From contig QPMI01000062.1 in the NCBI GenBank assembly GCA_004431415.1, positions 186,001 to 250,000 of the forward strand: DNA of 64,000 bases. Direction: 5' to 3'. The notes under the pieces are model-generated. The model ran no database searches. It saw only the letters and a list, made by a program, of their open reading frames with translations, and had not been told where the DNA came from. Of this stretch, positions 57,333-64,000 are shown one piece after another. Source of the stretch: Cyanophora paradoxa CCMP329. Its lineage: Eukaryota > Plantae > Glaucophyta. Numbering within the stretch: the first letter of the stretch is position 1; every line of letters starts with the position of its first letter. The translations under genes were made by a program, and so were the position numbers.

Positions 57333-60300
57333 ATGCCCCTCCGCCGCACCGCCGCGCCCCCAACGTCGCTGCGCTTTGTCGCAGGGGGCGAGGGAGGTGC
57401 AGGGCCCTCTGAAGCATCTCCGACGAGCATAATGCGTAGGCGACATTCGCCCGTCGAGGACAACGGCATCGACCACGATGCGGCTAGCACGAGTTCCGGC
57501 TCGACACGGAGTAGCTTCAAGCGCAGGCTGTCCATCCCGGCTCAGATTCTCGCCCAGCTACAGGCGTCGCAGCACTCGGTGCGCAACTGCAAGGCGGTCA
57601 GCGTGTCGGGCTAACCGGTCTCGCCGCAGGATGTGTTGGCGTGGACCGAACAGTGGCAGAAGGTACGAGCCCCGGCCGATCGTCTCTCCTGATCCGCCAG
57701 CTAACCCCTGCGTGCCCACAGGAACTGTGCGCCCGCCTCGCTCGGGCTGGCGCCGCGACCGTGCCGCTGACAATTCTCTGCCGCTTCCAGATTCAGTCTT
57801 TTCGAGAGCCTGCGAGACCAGGTCGATGCACGCACGACAGCGCTAGAGAGCGCGAATGACCAGGTTTGACTGCCACCACGCTGCGCACGGTGACCCGGCA
57901 TCGCTCGAGCGCGAATCGGCGGACGCAGCTTGCACAAGAGCGTCGCGTTCGTGCGATGGTGGAGGAGCGGGCGAAGAGCACGGACCAGCACGCCGAAGAG
58001 CTCCGGCAGGAGTACGAAGAGGTCTGCCCGCCAGGAGCCCCGCGGGCGTTGCAGGCCTCGCCGAGATGCGACGTGTAACGCGTCGTCCCAGGTGATGGCT
58101 CGGTTATCGGAAGCAGAGCGGCGGTGTAGCGCGCTGGAGAAGGAAAGCAAGTCCCTGCGCCAGGCAGAACAGGTCCAGCAGTTGCTGCGCTCGCCGTTTG
58201 TTTGTTTCCGCCGCCGACCCTCGTTTCTTCGCCCGCAGAGCCGCGTGTCGGAGCTAGTGAGGTGTGGCATCCGAGTGCTGGATTCCTTTTCCGAGGCCTC
58301 ACTCGCCCGCGCAGCGTCAAGCTCTCCGCGGAGCGGGAGCGGGACATGCGGGGCGACGCCCTCCAGAAGGTTTCCGAGCTGCAGCAGGAGGTTCCCGCCC
58401 GCCGTGCCCGCCGCGCCCCGCCGGCGCTGACGCCAAAACGCCCTCGGCAGGTGGCGGTGCTGCAGTGCGAGAACGCGCGGCTGAGCCTGGAGCTGCAGGA
58501 GATGCGCATGCCGGCGCCGACGAACCACATGGGGACGCCCTCGCGCCGCTCGCTGCAGGTGGTCGCCACGCCGGGCACCCCCTCGGCGGCCGAGGCGGCG
58601 GCCGCCGCCGCCGAGGCGCTCGGCACGCCGGCGAAGACGCCCATGTACACGCCCGGCGGGTCGGACCCGGCGGTGCAGAGCGCGGGGCTGCTGCGGGCGC
58701 GCGTCGAGCTCTCGCGCGGTGCGCGCCCCGGGGCCGGCGGGCGGCAGCGGGGGGCTGAGCGGGGCGGCGGGGCGGCAGGGGAGCTGGAGTCGGAGCGGGA
58801 GGTGAAGCGGCAGCTGGTGGGAGAGCTGGGCGAGCTCGAGCGCGCGCTGCGGGAGCTCAAGGGCGCCAACGAGGCCCTCGAGCGCGACCTCGCCGCCCTC
58901 CACACCGCCCGCGCCGAGGTGGGGCTCCCGCCCCGCGCCGCGCCGGGGGCCGGCGGGGCTGACGGGGCGGCAGGCGACCTTCCAGAGGCAGATCCTGGAG
59001 GACCGGCTCAAGGGCGAGGCGGGGGCGCAGGCGCGGCTCGCGGAGGGCGCCAAGGCCCTCGAGGCGGAGCTGGAGCGCCTGCGCAAGGCCCGCGCCGCCG
59101 CCGAGGCGGACCTGAGGCGCCTCAAGGAGGAGGCCACCGAGGAGGAGCGCGCCCGCCAGCACGCCGAGCTCGCCTGCCGCGAGGCCCGCGCCGGCGCCGC
59201 CGACTCGGCCCGCCGCCGCGTCGAGGCGGAGCGCGAGGCGGCGCGGGCCCGGGACGAGGCGGCGCGGGAGGAGGCGGAGGCGGCGCGCGCGCGGGAGCGG
59301 GCCGAGGGGGAGCGGCGGCGGCGGCAGGCGGCGGCGGAGCTGCTGGCGCGCGGCTCGGGGTCAAACCCCGGCAGCGTCAAGGCCTCCCCGGCCTCCTCGC
59401 CCATGGCCTCACCCTGCCACTCCCGCACCCCGAGCGTCGGGCTGCCCGCCGGCGCCGGCCCCGAGGCGGTGGCGGCGGCGGCGGCGGAGGGGGGCGCGGG
59501 CCCGTCGGGGGCGGGGCCCTCGGGACGGCGGAGCGGGCGCGGCTCTCGCGGCTGCAGGAGGAGGCGCAGCGGGAGCGCCGGGGGCGGCAGACGGCGGAGG
59601 GCGCGCTGGCGCAGGCCCAGGAGGAGCTGGCGCGGGAGAAGAGCCTGCGCGAGATCGAGCGCGCGGCGCGCAAGCGGGCGCAGGCCGAGCTCGAGAAGGA
59701 GCGCGCCTGGCGCCAGAACGCCGAGGAGCTCCGCCGCCAGCTCGAGGCCACCCTCAAGGACGCCACCGCCGATGCCGCCCCGGGCCCCGCGCCCAAGGCC
59801 GCCCCGGCCCCGGAGGCCCCCGCCGCCCCCCAGGCCGCGGCGCCGCAAGCGGCGGCCGGGCGGCGGGGACGGCGGGGCGGGGCAACGCGGTGCAGGAGGC
59901 GCTGGCGGAGGCGGCGCGGGCCGGAGCTGGCGGGGCGGCGAGCTCGCTGCTGGGGTCGGCGCTCGAGGGCCTCGTCGCCAGCGCCGCCGCCCGCGAGGGC
60001 GTCGGCATCGTCGAGGCCCCTGCCGCCGCCGCCCCCGCCGCACCCGCCCCGCCCAGCCCCCGCCGGCGCCCGCCCGAGTTCTTCCAGCGCGTCTCCCGCG
60101 CCGCGGGGGAGCCCGCCGGGGAGCCGCAGCCGCTGGCCTCGGCCTCCTCGGCCCGCCGCAAGCTCGACTACGACGAGGGGCGCCGGGCGGCCCGCGCGAC
60201 GGCCCCTCGGGCCCTCCTCCCCGTCGCCCCCGCCCTCCCCGCCCAGAGCTCCCCGACCGCGCCGTGGCCGGCCCCTCCTCCTCCTCCTCCTCCCAGTCCG

Positions 60301-61866
60301 GCGGCCCCGCGGCGGGGACGCCGGCGAGCCGCCCGCCGGCCTCGCCGGCGCGGCGGGAGCCGCGGTCGGGGCGGGAGGCCCCCTCGCTGAGCCACAGCTC
60401 AACGCAGATCGAGGCGCTCTGCCTCTTCTCCTCGTCGCCGGCCCCCATGGGCCTCGCGGTGGGGGAGCTGGGGGCCGGGGAGCACGGGGAGCGGCTGCGG
60501 CTGCTCGAGGAGAACTCGCGGCTGCGGGCGAGCCTCGCCTCCGAGGCCGTCTCCCACCTCGCGGCCCTCGCCGACCTCGCGCGCTCCCGCTCGGAGCTCG
60601 CCCTCGAGAAGCGCCGCCGCAAGCTCGTGCAGCTGGAGAAGGGGGAGGCCTTCGCGGGGCCGGCGGGGCCCTCGCGCCAGGCGGCCAACGACGGGCGCCT
60701 CGACGAGATGATCCGGGAGGCGCTCGACGTGGACTTCCAGCGCATCGTCTTCACCTGCCAGCTCGAGGCCGAGATCATGAAGCTCAAGATGAACGTCAAG
60801 GAGGGCGCCAAGGCCATCTCCGCCATCCAGCGCGAGAACGGGCTCCTGCGGCGCCAGATGGAGGGCCTCGAGCGCACCAAGGCCAAGCTCGAGGACGAGA
60901 ACTCGGTGCTCCGCATCGCCTACGAGTTCGCCCGCATGCGCGCCGCCGCCCAGCTGCAGGACAAGGCCCGCGCCACGCCAGGGCGCGCCACGCCGCCGAT
61001 GGGGTCGCCGGGCCCCGGGGCCCTGCCCTCCTCGCCGGGGTCGCCGGGGGCGGGGGCGGCGGCGATGGTGCGCTTCACGCCGCGCTTCCAGCGGGGCGTG
61101 CCCGAGGCGCCCTCCCCCGCTGAGGTCGCCTGGGCCGCCCTCGAGGAGCGCCGCGTCGCCACCGCCGCCGACGCGGCGGTGGCGGCCGCGACGGCGGCGG
61201 CGGCCGGGACGGCGTCGCCGCGGGGCCCCGGGAGCACGCGGGCGGCCAACCGGGAGCTGCAGTGCCTCAAGGCGGTGCTGGCGCCCCTGCTCGAGCGGCT
61301 GCGGCGGGCGGAGACGGAGAAGCGGGAGATGGAGCGGGCGCTGGACCTGCAGGAGCGCTTCTGCATGGACATGAAGGACATCTACCTCGACCTCGAGGAG
61401 ATGTACGAGACGCGCCACGGCGCCGGCGCCCCGGGGCCCGCCTCGGGCCTCCCGCGGGACTCGCCCCGCTGCGGGGGCGCCTGCCGGGGAGCCGGGGTCG
61501 CCCGAGGGCCCGGGGCGCGGGCGGCGGCGTACGACCACAAGCTCTTCCAGGCCTTCCGCGCGTACCAGAACTTCCTCGAGACGACCCTCAACGTCCGCAA
61601 CCTCAAGGCCCGCCCGCCCCGCCCACGCCCCGCCCCCCGCCCCGCCCCGCCCGCCTGACGCCGCCCCTGCGCGCAGATCCACTCCCTGGAGAAGCAGCTG
61701 GAGACGGTGTCGCACCTGAGCCCCTCTCGCCGCGTCCGCCCCGCCCCCCAGCGCGCTCAGATGGGATCTGAGGTGCGGGCAGATCTCGAGCCTGGAGGCG
61801 CGGGACGGGGGCCCGGAGGCCTCGCACCACCTCGAGCTCCCCACCTCCGCCACCATGATCTGCTGA
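57333..61866 (+). CDS. Large coiled-coil protein of unknown function
   Basis: Heptad-rich exons (QLAQERRVRAMVEER, LEAEIMKLKMNVKEGAKAISAIQRENG, ALDLQERFCMDMKDIYLDLEEMYE) with intervening introns. Both termini are approximate. Confidence 0.75.
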
Positions 61867-62039
61867 GGCGCCGCCCCCGCGCCCCGCGCCGCCCCCGCGG
61901 GCCCAGCGACCGCCCGCCGGCGCGGGGCTGCCGCCGCCCTCGGCCCCCGTCCCCTCCCCACTCGCCCCCCCGCCCTCTCGGCCACGTCTCCCCCCGCGCC
62001 GTCTTTCTCTAGGTCTCCTCTCCACCCCGGACCCCTCCG

Positions 62040-62720
62040 TGTATCGTTAGAGCCCCGTGTTTCGAACTAGCCTTGTACAACTGAGATTGTTGCCGATATC
62101 GATATCGATAATTCTGATCAAACGAAAATCCTGCGACTAAAATTATGCGATGTTCAAGAGCCACGGTTTTCAACGGGTTGGACCGCGTGCGTGGGATGCC
62201 ATGACTCAGCGATGCATGCACTGCCGCGGGCCGCACGGCTGGAGACTCTCGGACATGGCTCTGACTCTCAGTGAGACTGCGCGTACTACAACTTGCCAAG
62301 TTGGCAAGGCTACCGTACGGTAGTTGGTTCATGGTGCCCGGCGGCCAGTTGACCAATGTGACACTGACAGCCAGTCGGAACAGCTGGGAAAGAAAGTTAG
62401 AAAACTCGGAAGGACTATAGCTAAAGCTCAGCCCTGGCAGGGCCTACTGCCAGGCTGGTAGTGGCTTCGAATTCCGAAGCCCTTGAAGCTCGGAATTTCG
62501 AAGCTTCCAAGTTCGAGAAATTGACTCAGTGACTCTCTAAACACGAAATGTACACGCTGCACTTGCAGCTGCCGCAGTGCCACGGTGCCGTAACTTGAAA
62601 AGCAAATGATGGTGCACTGGGCTACGCCCCGCGGACTGCTTACAAAGCTTGGAAGCCCTACCCGAACCTATATCTAGGCCTTACTACCCGAACCTATATC
62701 TAGGCCTTAATTAATAATTG
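62040..62720. repeat. Palindrome-ladder intergenic block
   Basis: CGATATCGATATCG (62094-62107), CAACTTGCCAAGTTGGCAA (62289-62307), TTCGAATTC, TTCGAAGCTTC, TGACTCAGTGA, GTGCCACGGTG. Confidence 0.8.
62658..62709. repeat. Perfect 26-bp tandem duplication CTACCCGAACCTATATCTAGGCCTTA
   Basis: Read directly from the sequence. Confidence 0.95.
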
Positions 62721-63602
62721 CTATACATTGCAAGGGGGGGTACCCCCTCCCTTGCTCCCCTGGTGAGTTGGTGCGGCGTACTTTCTGTGTTAGCAATTTT
62801 TGTAAGATGCGATTCTTTGCATGCGCTCTCGTATAGGTGTGATCGCATCGTAGCCGCTGCGAGCGGCGAAAAACAATGCAAGGGCGGGGCTGCGCAAACA
62901 TGTCGAAGCCGCTCCTCACCTGCTATTGCTATATGCGCCGGACCACGTGCTCCTGAATGCTCTCAATGCGCTCTACAAACTCTGTCATACATGCCTGGGC
63001 TCGAGAAGCGGCGTGTGGCGCGCTAGGCCGCCTCAAGTACCTGTTGTACCGGGCGCCGGAAAAAAGTGCTCCTGAGAGTTTCAGGCGATTGCTGGGTACA
63101 CATGCCAGAGCCCGGCCCAGAGGTCGAGGTCGCGGGGCCGAGCATCCGCATGCGGAGCGCGCGCCGGAGCGGCGCGCCCGCAACGTCGCGTTCCGGTGCG
63201 CTTCCGGCTGCGGCCTCGGCGGCGACACCTGCACCGTGCGGGAACAGCCGCGGATGCGCTCCTGGTGGCGAATGCGGGCACAGCCGCTCCTGGTGGCGGA
63301 GAGCGCCGCGAGAGTGCAGGAAGAAGGCGCCCGAGACGCCGCGACGCCGGCTGTGTGCGCGCCCGCGGCCGCGGCGTTTTGCCAACGCTCTCGGTTTCTG
63401 ATGGACTCCGATTCATGATCGAGCAGACTCCAGCTCGATGTTGTCAAGCTCTTCAAGCGCGGTTCAAGCACGGGGCGGGTCGCCACTTGCACGCCTCGGC
63501 CCACGTATGCGTGGCTTGAACCGCGGCCGGCGTTCCGTAGCAGAGTGTGGCGGCCGCGGCGTCGCAGCATTCGCAGCTGCTCCTAGTACGTCGCGTCGGG
63601 CT

Positions 63603-64000
63603 AGGCCCCGCCCCTGCGCCGCGGCTGTCCGGGGCGAGCTGACGCCTCGGCCCTGCGCAGGCTATGCGCAGGGCCGGCGCCACCTGCCCCTCCGCCCGCT
63701 TCCCCGCCCGCCGCCCTGCCGGCTGCCTCAGCGTCATCGACTCCAGGTTCGCTCCGCCGCTGCTGCCGCGCACCTGGCCCGGCCGCCCCCGCTGGGCCCC
63801 GCCCCCGCACGGCCGCTGTCCGGGGCGAGCTGACGCCTCAGCTCTGCGTATGTGCAGGCTATGCGCAGGGCCGGCGCCACTTGCCCTCCGCCCGCTTCCT
63901 CGCCCGCCGCCTCGCCGGCTGCTTCAGCGTCGTCGACTCCAGGTTCGCCCGCCGCTGCTGCCGCGCACCTGGCCGGCCGCCCCGCTGGGCCCCGCCCCGC
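63603..64000 (+). repeat. ~197-bp tandem repeat (at least 2 copies, runs off the window) with exon+intron structure
   Basis: GCTGTCCGGGGCGAGCTGACGCCTC...GCAG|GCTATGCGCAGGGCCGGCGCCAC...GACTCCAG|GTTCGC occurs twice; the exon-like starts are at 63661 and 63858. Confidence 0.9.

Noticed and set aside
62040-62720. MITE or other transposon
   Set aside because: No terminal inverted repeats, target-site duplication or transposase ORF could be delimited.
62957-63418. 153-aa ORF as a gene
   Set aside because: No recognisable domain, and I could not build a consistent spliced model; left uncalled.

Overview
Eukaryotic nuclear DNA, extremely GC-rich and gene-dense: about 24 protein genes split by many short (roughly 50-130 nt) introns. 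The supplied ORF track is mostly shadow ORFs, so I built gene models by splicing by eye; internal and some terminal coordinates are approximate. The spliced DXR precursor begins MAFAVST, with the early Phe typical of glaucophyte/red-algal plastid transit peptides. Together with the GC content this suggests a Cyanophora-like glaucophyte (inference). Genes in order: two tail-to-tail ankyrin paralogs, an F-box/LRR protein, a plastid ICMT-family methyltransferase, a divergent NRT2-like transporter, rhomboid RBL13, a divergent thiamine pyrophosphokinase, a degenerate TPS/TPP, D-serine dehydratase, MOG1, DXR, a 3-TM unknown, an RluB-type pseudouridine synthase, PCYT2, a 79-aa microprotein, RPL35, DUS3, a TIR-EF-hand-zinc-finger protein, a coiled-coil protein, a coiled-coil-PH protein, a GT7 glycosyltransferase, a TPR-CCCH-RING protein, MRS2 and another coiled-coil protein. 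Most striking observations: (1) intergenic spacers built from ladders of overlapping short inverted repeats that follow a w-N-rc(w)-N-w grammar; (2) a candidate Ca2+-gated TIR enzyme; (3) a non-standard splice dialect (GY[G/C]CG donors, frequent GC-AG, self-complementary intron ends, an 8-nt micro-exon); (4) three nearby genes with altered catalytic or substrate-binding residues. No rRNA, tRNA, CRISPR array or transposase was recognised.
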